This document shows, one piece after another, positions 37,332-47,549 of a stretch of 61,517 nt of DNA. The notes beneath the pieces are model-generated. The model was not told the DNA's origin and made no database searches. It saw nothing but the letters and a program-made list of their open reading frames with translations. A program made the position numbers and the translations under genes. Origin of the DNA: a virus. The DNA lies in the IMG/VR virus record IMGVR_UViG_3300035128_000105, positions 1 through 61,517 of that record. One strand, written 5' to 3'. How positions within the stretch are numbered: position 1 is the stretch's first letter; each line of letters starts with the position of its first letter.

Positions 37332-40300
37332 ATGCCCAGTCCACCTAGATTTGGTGGCCCAGGCGGCTTGCCAGAGCCTGTATTGGGGCGCGGGAATCAG
37401 CTGCCGTTGTTTCGAGGAAAAACGGATGGTGCTGACTGCGCGCACTGTCCGTTTTCGCGTGATGGACGGCCGAATCGACCCGTAGTGGGAGAGGGCCCGG
37501 AGAATCCAAAATGGCTCGCAATCGGTGAAGGCCCTGGTCGCAATGAAGTCGCGATGGGAAGACCCTTCATCGGGGCCTCGGGTCAGATGGTCAACAAGGC
37601 GCTTCAAGCCATCCGACGACCGCGCGATCAAATATGGGTGGATAACTCCACATTGTGTCAACCTACTCCCTACGCGACCGACGAAGACAAAAAACTGGCC
37701 CGTAAATGTTGTGAGCCACGGTTCCGCGCACAAATCATGCAGTGGCCCGATCGGCCCATTCTCGCGTTAGGAGCTATCGCCGCCAGGGCGTTTTTGGGCA
37801 CGAGGTTCTCGATCAACGAGATGGCCGGTTCGTACCACTGGATCGAAAAGAAAAAGTGGGGCGCGCGAGCAGTCATTCCAACGATTCACCCCGCTGCCAT
37901 CTTGCGAGGCGGTGGTGGTATTGGTGGCGCGCATGCACCAGATCTTGCGTTTTGGAACCTGATCTACGATATGGCGAAAATCGATGCCATTGCCAACGGC
38001 AAGGACATCGTCTTTCGCGAAGATGACATTGCTACGGAGTACGAAGATCCAAAACGCGCTGAGCAGCTCGTGCGCCAGATGGTCTTGGACGCTCGTGCGT
38101 GTGGCATGATCGCGACAGATACTGAGACGTACGTCGAAGACGAGAGGAAACACTCGGCGCTTCAACCTCTGAACGCCAAGATGAGTGCGCTGGGTCTAGC
38201 AACGGAAGGATGGGGCCTGTCGGTTGCGTGGAACATCATGACGCCGTACGCCAAACGACTGGTCGCGAACGTTTTTGCTGATTACAACGTTCGCAAGGTC
38301 ATGCATAACCGGCTGTACGACCGTCCGGTACTCGCGCGACACGGCTTACCGGTGTATGGCCCAAACGACGACACAATGTTGCGTCATCATTCGGCGTTTC
38401 CAGGGCTATCTCATAGCCTGCAACGTGTAGCGACACAGTATTTCGCCATCACTCCCTGGAAAGCCGAGTTCCGCAAAGGTCACGACACGCCCGAAAACCT
38501 CACACGATACAACGCCAAAGACACACTGGTCACTGCACGAATCGACGCGCCGCTTACGATCGCACTCAAAAAAACGCAGTCCGAGCGTACGTACGAGATC
38601 GACCTCAAATCCACGGAAGTCGCCCAATGGATGCACGAAAAAGGTGTGCCTGTTTCACGTGAGGTCAATCAGCAACTGTACAACACGTTCCTGGAAAACA
38701 TGACTCAGGCCCGACAGGTCATGGAAGATGCTGCCTACGATCCAGCTATCCAAAAGAAGTTGTGGGATCGACTAGCGTTTGAGCAGGCCAAACGCATTCG
38801 CAAAGCCGATCCGATTGACGACTTCGAGGCGCGGCACAAGACTCGTCTCGAAGAAATCCAACACGCACACAACAAAGGACGTTGGCAGTGGAAGATTGGA
38901 TCGGGCGAGCACGTCGCTGCTTACCTCAAAGCGCGCGGCGTTCCGCTGTATTTCATGACGCCGACCGGACGTACGTCCACCAAAAAAGAAATCCTCGAAC
39001 AGTTTTCTCACCTGCCCGAAGTTCAATCCTTGCTGGATTACCGCGAGAACCAAAAGATGTTCTCGACCTTCGTCTACAGGTTTTTCGATCGATACGATGT
39101 GAACGGGAACATCGTTAAGTACGGATACGCGGACGAGGACAGCCGCATTCATCCGCGTTGGTCAGTCCACAAAATCACGGGTCGCTGGGGAGCCGAAGAC
39201 CCGATGTGCTTCGACGGCGACACGGAGATCCTTACTGAGAACGGTTGGGTCCGGTTCGATGCGCTTCCACGCAATGTTCGGGTGGCGCAGTATCATCTGG
39301 AGGATCGCATTGTAGATTTTGTTCATCCAACAGACTACATCGAGCGCCATCACGCCAGTTCGATGGTACGTCTACAAGGGAAAAATATCGATCTCGTTGT
39401 CACGCCTGATCACCGCTTCCCTGTACGACCTCGCCCCCGAAGGCGGTGCTCGAACCCACGATGGCGGGACATACGCGCTGATGCGTGGAAAAAAGAATAT
39501 CAACTCCCTGTTGCGGGCCGATACGTAGGGGGCTCGTGGGCTCCGTCTCCGGCCTACGTGTCCTTTGTATGTGCGGCGCAAGCAGACGGATCGTGGAACG
39601 GTTACGGCTGGTATTTTGGCCTCAGTAAGACGCGAAAGATAGAACGCCTACGCAACGTACTTGACACGTTGGGCCTGTCGTACCGTTTGACCGACAAAAC
39701 CGAACCGGACCCGTTTCGTGAAGGCACTTTTCGGACACGAAAAATAATCTACGTGCACAAATCCGAGGTGGGCGATGAAGTCGCACAACGGTTGGGGTTA
39801 ACAACGGGACAAACCGGGAAAGGCTTGTTCGGCGCGTGGGTCCTTGACCTCACAGCAACAATGTTGAACCAGTTTGCACTGGAGATCGAGTTTTGGGACG
39901 GCTGTCCAACACGTGAAGGGCAATTTGCGTCCTCACAGAAACAAAGTGCTGATTGGGCCCAAATCGCGTTTGTTTTGACAGACCGTCGCGCAAAAATTCG
40001 TCCATACAACAGCGGTGCCCTACAAACAAAGACGAATTGGCAAGTAGACGTAGCACGTCGCACGCGGACTAAAGGCGCTACGTGGTACATCGGAACTGAC
40101 CAGGCAGTAGCCACGGAAATTCCTGGATCAAAAATTGTTTACTGCGTCTCCGTCCCTTCGTCGTATATCCTCGTACGCCGCAACGGGAAAGTGGTTGTCG
40201 CCGGAAACTGTCAGAACTGGCCGAAGGCGAACAAAAAGAAGGGACGGCCCAATCTGCGGTCCCAGGTCGTTGCGCCGGACGGTCGTATCTTTGTTGGGTT

Positions 40301-42206
40301 CGACTTTGCTCAGTTAGAGGCCCGCATCATCGCGCTCTATAGCGGTGATCCGTTCTTGTGCGACATCTTTTGGAACCACAAAGACATTCACTCAGAGTTC
40401 GCGCGGGTCGTGTGGCCTAACTACGACTCATTGCCGATCGATCAGCGCAAGGTGTTGCGCGACACCATCAAACGCCCTGAGTACGGTGCGTTCTACGGCG
40501 GCCAGATCGACACCCTGTGGAAGAACGTCGTCAAGGATTACCCCGACGTCAAGCTCCAGGACATCGCCAAGATGGTCACACTGATGACGGCGAAGATGCC
40601 TGGCGTTACGTTGTGGCACAACAAGCTACTGCGTGACGTCGCAGTGGCGCCCCATGAGATCCGTAGTGCGGTGTACGGCCGTCGTCGTTGCTTCCCACTT
40701 GGCAACGCTGACATAAATGATGTCTACAATTTCCCGGTGCAGTGCCTACGAGGTGATCAACGCGTGCTGACGACAAACGGTTGGAAGCCAATCGAACAGT
40801 TGGTTCCTGGAGTCGATACGCTTATGCAGCCAAGCGGCCGTACAACGACGGCGTTCAAGCTGCGCAGTACGGGAACGCGTGACATCTACGAAGTACAAAC
40901 AAAAGGGCGGCGAATCTACTGCACGAAAGAACACCGATTCCTCACGTACGTACGGGGCGGCAAGGTCGCCTGGATGAAGACGCGATACCTTGAACAAGGA
41001 CGACATCTCGCAGTCGATTTTACGCCCGCACAGGGCGGTTACGATCCTCCCAACGTCAACCCTGCTATCGCGGAGGCACTAGGAGCCCTTGTCGGTGACG
41101 GCAACTACACAAGGCGTGGATTCGTCATTACGTGCACAACCAAAAGGTACGCTAACCACATCAAGCGGCTTGTCGAGACTTCGTGGCCTGACATGGTGTG
41201 CCGAGTCCGCTCCATAAAAAAACAAGCTGCAAAACACAAACAGCTCTGGTCGGTGTCATCAGAAGGACAGTTAGCAAGTGCGCGTCTCAAAGTTCTTGGG
41301 CTCCAACCCGCGACGGCAAAAGCCAAGAGTCTACCTACGTGGGTTGAGACTGCTACCTTGCCGACGCGTGTAGCGCTCTTGAAAGGTCTTTTTGACTCCG
41401 ATGGGGGACACACCGGCGTAGACGTGTCGTTCACGACGACATCATGGGAGCTTGCTAGAACTACGCAGCGGCTTTTGTTGTCCGTAGGCATCGACGCGCG
41501 CCACTACACGCTCAAACGTAGTCACCGTATTATCATTCGACCTACGAGCCGTCCTTTGTTCGATCAACTCATTGGGTTCACGTACAGCGAAAAACGGCAA
41601 CGCCTTCAATCTAGGCAGCACAAAAATCCCATCGACCGCTTGCCTTCTGATCTCGTCCAACACGTTGCACGGTTGCTCAAAAAACGGTTGCCAAAACGAG
41701 ACAAAGGTTGGACGAAGCTGGAGCACGCACGCCTTACTCGGGCGCTACAGGGATCGGCGAGCCAACAACAAATGGAGAAGATTTTTTCAGCGTGCCATCG
41801 CTGCGCCGAAATCGACGACATCGAACAGATATACACCGACGGCCTGAAGTTCTTTTGGGAAGAGATCGTCAGCGTAAGACGCGTTGGACGCGCCCAGACC
41901 TTTGAGCTGGAGATCGAAGACGATCATGGGTACGTGGCGGAGGGATTCGTTACGCATAATTCGACCGCTTCTGATGTCATGGCAACAGGCATGTTGCGGA
42001 TCGTCCCACGCCTTCAGCAAAAGTACATTAACGCATTTCCTATCCTCCAAATCCACGATGCAATGGTGTTCGAGTGCGACGAAGATGATGGTGAGCGCCT
42101 CAAGGAAGACGTCCGTGAGTGCTTCGAGCAGGAGCACACGTTCGGTGGCGTTACGATTCCCTTTCCCGTAGACCCCGCTGTGGGCAAAAGCTGGGCCCAG
42201 GTCTAG
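37332..42206 (+). CDS. Family-4 uracil-DNA glycosylase domain fused to family A DNA polymerase (3'-5' exo + Pol), interrupted by two inteins
   Basis: UDG motifs GEGPGRNE, GRPFIGASGQMVNKAL, IHPAAILR; exo MIATDTETYVED; PolA motif A GFDFAQLEARIIA, motif C QIHDAMVFE. Confidence 0.85.
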   Translation: MPSPPRFGGPGGLPEPVLGRGNQLPLFRGKTDGADCAHCPFSRDGRPNRPVVGEGPENPKWLAIGEGPGRNEVAMGRPFIGASGQMVNKALQAIRRPRDQIWVDNSTLCQPTPYATDEDKKLARKCCEPRFRAQIMQWPDRPILALGAIAARAFLGTRFSINEMAGSYHWIEKKKWGARAVIPTIHPAAILRGGGGIGGAHAPDLAFWNLIYDMAKIDAIANGKDIVFREDDIATEYEDPKRAEQLVRQMVLDARACGMIATDTETYVEDERKHSALQPLNAKMSALGLATEGWGLSVAWNIMTPYAKRLVANVFADYNVRKVMHNRLYDRPVLARHGLPVYGPNDDTMLRHHSAFPGLSHSLQRVATQYFAITPWKAEFRKGHDTPENLTRYNAKDTLVTARIDAPLTIALKKTQSERTYEIDLKSTEVAQWMHEKGVPVSREVNQQLYNTFLENMTQARQVMEDAAYDPAIQKKLWDRLAFEQAKRIRKADPIDDFEARHKTRLEEIQHAHNKGRWQWKIGSGEHVAAYLKARGVPLYFMTPTGRTSTKKEILEQFSHLPEVQSLLDYRENQKMFSTFVYRFFDRYDVNGNIVKYGYADEDSRIHPRWSVHKITGRWGAEDPMCFDGDTEILTENGWVRFDALPRNVRVAQYHLEDRIVDFVHPTDYIERHHASSMVRLQGKNIDLVVTPDHRFPVRPRPRRRCSNPRWRDIRADAWKKEYQLPVAGRYVGGSWAPSPAYVSFVCAAQADGSWNGYGWYFGLSKTRKIERLRNVLDTLGLSYRLTDKTEPDPFREGTFRTRKIIYVHKSEVGDEVAQRLGLTTGQTGKGLFGAWVLDLTATMLNQFALEIEFWDGCPTREGQFASSQKQSADWAQIAFVLTDRRAKIRPYNSGALQTKTNWQVDVARRTRTKGATWYIGTDQAVATEIPGSKIVYCVSVPSSYILVRRNGKVVVAGNCQNWPKANKKKGRPNLRSQVVAPDGRIFVGFDFAQLEARIIALYSGDPFLCDIFWNHKDIHSEFARVVWPNYDSLPIDQRKVLRDTIKRPEYGAFYGGQIDTLWKNVVKDYPDVKLQDIAKMVTLMTAKMPGVTLWHNKLLRDVAVAPHEIRSAVYGRRRCFPLGNADINDVYNFPVQCLRGDQRVLTTNGWKPIEQLVPGVDTLMQPSGRTTTAFKLRSTGTRDIYEVQTKGRRIYCTKEHRFLTYVRGGKVAWMKTRYLEQGRHLAVDFTPAQGGYDPPNVNPAIAEALGALVGDGNYTRRGFVITCTTKRYANHIKRLVETSWPDMVCRVRSIKKQAAKHKQLWSVSSEGQLASARLKVLGLQPATAKAKSLPTWVETATLPTRVALLKGLFDSDGGHTGVDVSFTTTSWELARTTQRLLLSVGIDARHYTLKRSHRIIIRPTSRPLFDQLIGFTYSEKRQRLQSRQHKNPIDRLPSDLVQHVARLLKKRLPKRDKGWTKLEHARLTRALQGSASQQQMEKIFSACHRCAEIDDIEQIYTDGLKFFWEEIVSVRRVGRAQTFELEIEDDHGYVAEGFVTHNSTASDVMATGMLRIVPRLQQKYINAFPILQIHDAMVFECDEDDGERLKEDVRECFEQEHTFGGVTIPFPVDPAVGKSWAQV
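39207..40208 (+). mobile_element. intein 1 (334 aa) in DNA polymerase
   Basis: CFDGDTEILTENGW start, VVAGN end followed by C; exteins rejoin as TGRWGAEDPM/CQNWP (PolA O-helix region). Confidence 0.8.
40743..41960 (+). mobile_element. intein 2 (406 aa, LAGLIDADG) in DNA polymerase
   Basis: CLRGDQRVLTTNGW start, FVTHN end followed by S; LAGLIDADG blocks ALGALVGDGN and LLKGLFDSDGG. Confidence 0.8.
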
Positions 42207-42229
42207 TTGTCACAGCCATGAGGTAAAAC

Positions 42230-42886
42230 GTGGACGTGCGCGGCAAGTACATCGTGTTCGAGGGGCCCAATGGCAGCGGCAAAAGCACGCTCGCTCATTG
42301 TCTTTCGATGACGCTGTGCGATCGTGGTGACGCTGTGGCGTCGTTGGCGTTTCCGGGACGGTTGTCACCGATCGGGGCTATTATTCGGGACGACTTTGAA
42401 GGACGTGTCGAAGTTGATCCGCGCGCCATGTTGTGGTTGTTCGTCGCCGAAGGCGTCGATCTCGAAGCACGCGTCCTCAAAGCGCTTCGAGAGGGCACGA
42501 CGGTTCTGTGCGACCGTCATACTCAGATCTCGGCGTACGTATATCAATCCCTTATTCACGGATTTGATCACGTCCACGATGTCGTGACTCCCGCGCATTT
42601 CCGCGCTCCCGACTTTGTGTACTTCATCGATCTACCTGTCGAGATCGCGATGGAGCGTCGCCGACAACGCGATGACGCTGACGAAGAAGATCCGTTTGAA
42701 TCAGACGATCGAATCGCCGCTGAACGCAAGGCTTATTTGGATCTCGTCGAAGTGGTTGAAACCTGGTTTCCGGGACCGCTATTTCCCGACGATCCAATCG
42801 GACGATCTACACAAGTTCGAGTCCTGGACGGCACGCGCCCCATCGAGGACAATGTTGGGCTCATCCTCGATGACTTAGAGGCGTAA
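42230..42886 (+). CDS. tmk: thymidylate kinase
   Basis: P-loop IVFEGPNGSGKST, DRH...SAYVYQ; GAGGT SD before GTG. Confidence 0.8.
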   Translation: MDVRGKYIVFEGPNGSGKSTLAHCLSMTLCDRGDAVASLAFPGRLSPIGAIIRDDFEGRVEVDPRAMLWLFVAEGVDLEARVLKALREGTTVLCDRHTQISAYVYQSLIHGFDHVHDVVTPAHFRAPDFVYFIDLPVEIAMERRRQRDDADEEDPFESDDRIAAERKAYLDLVEVVETWFPGPLFPDDPIGRSTQVRVLDGTRPIEDNVGLILDDLEA

Positions 42887-42966
42887 AATGATCTACATCC
42901 TGTACGCGATCGGGGCGATCGCGTTTCTATCGGGTACCTACCTAACAGTAGTAAGCATTCTCAGCC

Positions 42967-43422
42967 ATGACGAAGACCACGACAAACGATGATACGTTCC
43001 CCGAGGTATTGTATTTCGGATGCGGCAATCACGGTGACGCCGGTCATTACTTTTGGCAGTCTGATACCCGCAGTTTCGATGATCATACAGCCAAGACGTC
43101 CCTGCCCTGGAAAACTGTAGATGGAACGTTGTGTCCGTACGCACGAAAGCACGGCTCCACGCCGCGCAAACAGCAAATCGAGGGACTCGCGGCGGTGCGT
43201 CATGAAGACGGTTGGACCGCACTGGCGTTTTGGGATCGATCGGCAGATCGGCGATTTGGATCGAACAGCGTTTTCATCGCTCAAGGTACGCACGATTTTG
43301 CGCGTATGGTTGAATTGGCCAAATTCTACTTTCCACGTACCTGGGAACGATTTCGGTTTGAGGTCATTGAGGCGCGACACTCCACCAACACAGAGTCAGC
43401 ACAGGGGGATTCAGGGAAATGA
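42967..43422 (+). CDS. hypothetical protein
   Basis: 151-aa ORF. Confidence 0.4.
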   Translation: MTKTTTNDDTFPEVLYFGCGNHGDAGHYFWQSDTRSFDDHTAKTSLPWKTVDGTLCPYARKHGSTPRKQQIEGLAAVRHEDGWTALAFWDRSADRRFGSNSVFIAQGTHDFARMVELAKFYFPRTWERFRFEVIEARHSTNTESAQGDSGK

Positions 43423-44051
43423 GCGCCAGTATTTTTGTCGATCTCGATCGCACCGGCCAATGGTTCGTCTTTTGTAGTCCTTACAACGAGAGCTTCATCT
43501 TCGAGTTGAAAGCACGTGTGCCCGCGAAGTTTCGACGCTGGGTTGCTGACCAAAAGGCGTGGTGCGTAGCGCGCAAACACTGGCCTACTACAGAAAAGCT
43601 TCTACGAAAACACTACGGGCACGACATGCAGTTCGAGGTTGGGCCCGCTGCTGAAGCCGCGCAAGTGGATCTACTAGTCGAAGAGGTCCATGAGCCGACT
43701 GCCATGGATTACATGAAGCTCGGCGTGCGCGCAGATGCACCCCATTGTGTTCTCCACGCAGCGTACCATGCACTCGAAGCGCTCTGGACGAACCCCAACC
43801 ACGACGAGATTCGCCTCTTGGGTGTATATCCTATCGACGAAGTTCGTGAGGCATACAAGCGCGCGTGCCAGCTGCGAGGGATCCACCACGATCCGTCTCC
43901 GTTTTACCGCGTCTCACACGGGGTGGATCCGAATACGTCCATGGACCACGTCCCGCCGCCGACGGACGCAGACTACGGCCCGGGGTATGATGCGTTCACG
44001 CGGTCATCTAGCTCCGGTCCCCTTGAATTTGTGGAAGACCGAGATGACTGA
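43419..44051 (+). CDS. hypothetical protein
   Basis: 210-aa ORF, ATGA-type overlaps on both sides. Confidence 0.4.
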   Translation: MSASIFVDLDRTGQWFVFCSPYNESFIFELKARVPAKFRRWVADQKAWCVARKHWPTTEKLLRKHYGHDMQFEVGPAAEAAQVDLLVEEVHEPTAMDYMKLGVRADAPHCVLHAAYHALEALWTNPNHDEIRLLGVYPIDEVREAYKRACQLRGIHHDPSPFYRVSHGVDPNTSMDHVPPPTDADYGPGYDAFTRSSSSGPLEFVEDRDD

Positions 44052-46080
44052 TTACATCGAAGAGACGTTTGGCGCGGGCGGCTATATCGCACGTGCACGT
44101 GCCGCCAACTACGAGGTCCGTGAGGGCCAAATTGCGTTAGCGCGTGCTGTCGATGAAGGTATGCGTACCCATCGACACGTCCTGGCTGAGGCGCCCTGCG
44201 GCACGGGGAAAGGGTACGCGTACGCTGTCCCTGCCATACATCGTGCCCACGAAGACGACAGTGTCACGGTGATCGCTACGGCGAACATTGCGCTACAGAC
44301 ACAACTGATGCGCGACGACCTGCCGTTTCTCAAAAACGCGCTACCGTGGGATTTCCGTTACGACCTGATCAAGGGGCGAAACAACTACGCCTGTAAGTAC
44401 AAAATCGATCAGCTCGACTTGATGCGTTCTTACGGCGCATACGGTGCGCCAGGCACCAGCGAATATGAAAACTACGGGCTGTCTGCCGAGCAAGGTGAGA
44501 TGCTCAACGCGCTTTTGGCCTGGTCAGACGTGACCGAAACGGGCGACCGTGAGGAGTCGAGTTGTCCGGGCGGCCTCCACCCTGCCTGGTCGAAGATCTC
44601 AGTTGGGGGTGATGAATGTTTGCGCGGAGGGTGTCGTTTCCGCGACTCGTGTTGGTCCGAAATTCAACGGGCGAACGCACACCGAGCCCGCATCATCGTC
44701 ACCAACTACAACGTCCTGTTCGCCGACGCTTGGGTTCGGCACCTCTCGGCCAGTGGACACGCACGTGTGCTGCCGGAGTATGACTACTTGGTCATGGACG
44801 AAGCGCATGAGGCTGCACGCATTGCACGCGACTTCTTCGGCAAGTCTATTACGTACAAACGGTTTCGCCGACTGGCCAATTTCATCGAATCCGAGCTGGG
44901 TCTAGCAGTGCTTGCTAAGGAATTGACGAGCACCGCCTATCAGCTCCTGCAGGCCGTGGGCTACTACACGCAAACGGACACGTACCGCCGCAATGGCTGT
45001 CTGAGCGGTCAGGACATGCTCGACTTCACGCCGACCGATGACATCCTCAAGAAGACTCAAAAAGCACTGCATGACGCAACGAAGTCGTGGGACAACACGA
45101 GCAAAGAGGAGCGGGAACGGGGACTTCAAAAAGCCAAAGCCGCCGACGTCATGCACAATCACGCATACCAACTGCGGAACGATTTAGAAGAGGCACTGAA
45201 GGCGCCTGCCAAGGATCGCGTGTACTGGATCGAGCTACGCAACAAAGTAGGAATGCCTGCAGCGATCGAAAGTCGTCCTTTGGGCGTATCCAAGCTTCTT
45301 CAGACGTTCGTGTTCAAAGACGTAGCGTCGGCCACTTTGACCAGTGCGACTCTCACCACCGCCGGCACGTTCAAACTCATCCGTTCGGAAATGGGATTCG
45401 ATGACAGCCCTGTGGTGGAGATCGTGGCGCGATCGCCGTTCAACTTTGTCCGCCAATCACGCCTCGTCGTTGCCGCAAAGACGCTCCCCGTGCCACGCAG
45501 TCAAAATCGACAGTATTACAACGAGGCGGTCCTGCCGATCTACCACGAGGTTCTTGATGTGTGGCCTGGTCGCACGCTTTGTCTGTTCACGGCGAAGTCA
45601 GACCTGGAGTTCGTGCACAAGAGTCTGCAGACTCGGGACGGTGATCGTCAGCTCTTCAAGCAGGGTGAGTGGCCCCGCAATACACTGGTGGACTGGTTTC
45701 GTCAGAACGGCACATCTATTTTGATGGGTGTTGATTCGTTCTGGACGGGCGTCGATGTGCCCGAACCGAAAGCCATTATCATCCATAAGCTGCCTTTTCC
45801 TCGGTTCGATATCGTCAACCGCGCCATCCAGACACAGATGGGCGACGCGTTCTTCAACGAGCGGTACCTGCCTTGGATGATTACGCGATTTCGGCAAGGC
45901 ATCGGCCGACTCATCCGCCAAAAGAATGACTACGGCTTCGTAGTATGCCTGGATCGTCGAGGCTTCGATGCGGGCTATGCGCCTACCGTACGGGCCAGTT
46001 TGCCGTTCGGGCCCGCCTGGATCCGGACAGACCGTTTCGACATGGTCCGCCGGTTTCTCACGACACAGGAAACGGCATGA
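44044..46080 (+). CDS. DinG/Rad3-family ATP-dependent DNA helicase
   Basis: Walker A AEAPCGTGKGYAY, KGRNNYAC, DEAH box VMDEAHE; start ATG 44044 overlapping upstream stop. Confidence 0.8.
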   Translation: MTDYIEETFGAGGYIARARAANYEVREGQIALARAVDEGMRTHRHVLAEAPCGTGKGYAYAVPAIHRAHEDDSVTVIATANIALQTQLMRDDLPFLKNALPWDFRYDLIKGRNNYACKYKIDQLDLMRSYGAYGAPGTSEYENYGLSAEQGEMLNALLAWSDVTETGDREESSCPGGLHPAWSKISVGGDECLRGGCRFRDSCWSEIQRANAHRARIIVTNYNVLFADAWVRHLSASGHARVLPEYDYLVMDEAHEAARIARDFFGKSITYKRFRRLANFIESELGLAVLAKELTSTAYQLLQAVGYYTQTDTYRRNGCLSGQDMLDFTPTDDILKKTQKALHDATKSWDNTSKEERERGLQKAKAADVMHNHAYQLRNDLEEALKAPAKDRVYWIELRNKVGMPAAIESRPLGVSKLLQTFVFKDVASATLTSATLTTAGTFKLIRSEMGFDDSPVVEIVARSPFNFVRQSRLVVAAKTLPVPRSQNRQYYNEAVLPIYHEVLDVWPGRTLCLFTAKSDLEFVHKSLQTRDGDRQLFKQGEWPRNTLVDWFRQNGTSILMGVDSFWTGVDVPEPKAIIIHKLPFPRFDIVNRAIQTQMGDAFFNERYLPWMITRFRQGIGRLIRQKNDYGFVVCLDRRGFDAGYAPTVRASLPFGPAWIRTDRFDMVRRFLTTQETA

Positions 46081-46991
46081 GTGCCGGCACCAAAACTGCG
46101 TTGGTGAAGTTTCCTGAACGTGCACGCACGGAGCCCATCTTGCGTTGGGCGGGCGGTAAGCGCTGGTTGGTGGATGCTGTAGCGCCTGTGATCCACGCCC
46201 ACCTACAACAGACTGGCGGGCGCTACATCGAACCCTTCGCGGGCGGTGCAGCTGTCGCTCTCGACCTGGGGCTGCCCGGCATGATCGTCTCGGATTTGTG
46301 TGAGCCCCTCATCAATTGTTATCGCCAAGCAAGCGCACGCCCAGCTGTAGTGCACCGGATGGTCGAACAGTACAAAGCACGGGGTACTGACAAAGAGACG
46401 TACTACGAAATACGCAACGCACCCCGTCCCAAAAGCGCTCTCGAACGGGCCGCGTGGCTGTTTTACTTGAATGCGCTTTGCTATAATGGGTTGTTTCGTG
46501 AGAACAGCAAGGGCGGCTTCAACGTCCCGTACGGGGTCCGTAGTCGCAAACAGAAGCTGCCCGGAGCGCACCCCTTGGTGAGTCACAGCTTCATCACACT
46601 CGACCGCCTGCAGGCCTTTGCACAGGCTACTGCTGAGACCGACTTTCTCCACTCGGACTTTGCGCCCGTTATCGCGCGGGCGAAGTCTGGCGACTTGGTC
46701 TTTGCGGACTCGCCGTACTTCGGCGTGTTCGACAAATACCTCAAAGAGGGCTTTGGCGTGGACCAACATATTGCGTTGGCGCGCACGCTGAAAACAGCCA
46801 TGCATCGAGGAGCAGCGTTCTTGGCGACCAATAACGACACGCCAGAAATGCGCCGCCTGTACCGTTGGGCCCACCTGAAAAGCACCGGCGAACACCGACG
46901 CATCAACCGAAATGCCAAGGATCGGGGCAAGGTTGACTGTCTTTTGATTGCGTCCTCAAAAGCGCTTCTTCAAGGCGCTACCCTACCCTAG
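46077..46991 (+). CDS. Dam-like N6-adenine DNA methyltransferase (D12 class)
   Basis: WAGGKRWL, EPFAGGAAV, NALCYNGLFREN..GGFNVPYG, DSPYF (DPPY variant); ATGA overlap with DinG stop. Confidence 0.8.
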   Translation: MSAGTKTALVKFPERARTEPILRWAGGKRWLVDAVAPVIHAHLQQTGGRYIEPFAGGAAVALDLGLPGMIVSDLCEPLINCYRQASARPAVVHRMVEQYKARGTDKETYYEIRNAPRPKSALERAAWLFYLNALCYNGLFRENSKGGFNVPYGVRSRKQKLPGAHPLVSHSFITLDRLQAFAQATAETDFLHSDFAPVIARAKSGDLVFADSPYFGVFDKYLKEGFGVDQHIALARTLKTAMHRGAAFLATNNDTPEMRRLYRWAHLKSTGEHRRINRNAKDRGKVDCLLIASSKALLQGATLP

Positions 46992-47152
46992 CGATCTGAA
47001 AACAGCGTTTCCCGCTTATCAGAGTCCTCGAATTCGAGGACTTCGATTTGATCGGATCTGCGATCTACCTCTTGACGGTGGTTTTAAGTCGTGGGATCTT
47101 GAACAGGTCACCGGGCCATGGTCGGCCCAATAAGCTCAACCTGGAGGAACCC

Positions 47153-47266
47153 ATGGCACGTCGTTGCAAATACGGAAAGCTCAAGAGCCCGACCCGCGAT
47201 CCCAAAACCGGCCGCAAACGGTACTGCAAACGCAAACCCAAAAGCCGTCGTCGCCGTCGTCGCTAA
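47153..47266 (+). CDS. small arginine/lysine-rich protein ending RRRRRR
   Basis: GGAGG SD 5 nt before ATG; MARRCKYGKLK...SRRRRRR. Confidence 0.45.
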   Translation: MARRCKYGKLKSPTRDPKTGRKRYCKRKPKSRRRRRR

Positions 47267-47342
47267 CACTGCAGGGGCTGCCGGATGGTAGCCCGCAGTG
47301 CGAACCGAACTCGAACCTGTAAACCCTAACTAGGAGACCAAC

Positions 47343-47471
47343 ATGGCACGTCCCCGCGTTGCGACTTGCGCACGAAAGTGCAAAGGCAAGAAGATGCGTT
47401 CTTTCCGCGCCTGCGTTCGCGCTTGCGCCAAAAAGGGCGGCAGCAAACGCCGTCGTCGTCGCCGCCGCTAA
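47343..47471 (+). CDS. small arginine-rich protein ending RRRRRRR (paralog of 47153)
   Basis: AGGAG SD; MARPRVATCARKCKGKK...KRRRRRRR; not in ORF track (<60 aa). Confidence 0.45.
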   Translation: MARPRVATCARKCKGKKMRSFRACVRACAKKGGSKRRRRRRR

Positions 47472-47493
47472 AGGCAGCGAGATACACAGAGGG

Positions 47494-47525
47494 AGCCGCC
47501 CACAAGGGGCGGCTTTCTTGTTTTT
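47494..47525 (+). terminator. rho-independent terminator
   Basis: stem AGCCGCCC / GGGCGGCT with ACAA loop followed by TTCTTGTTTTT. Confidence 0.6.
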
Positions 47526-47549
47526 GGCGTACTTGTTAGACTGGAGCCC

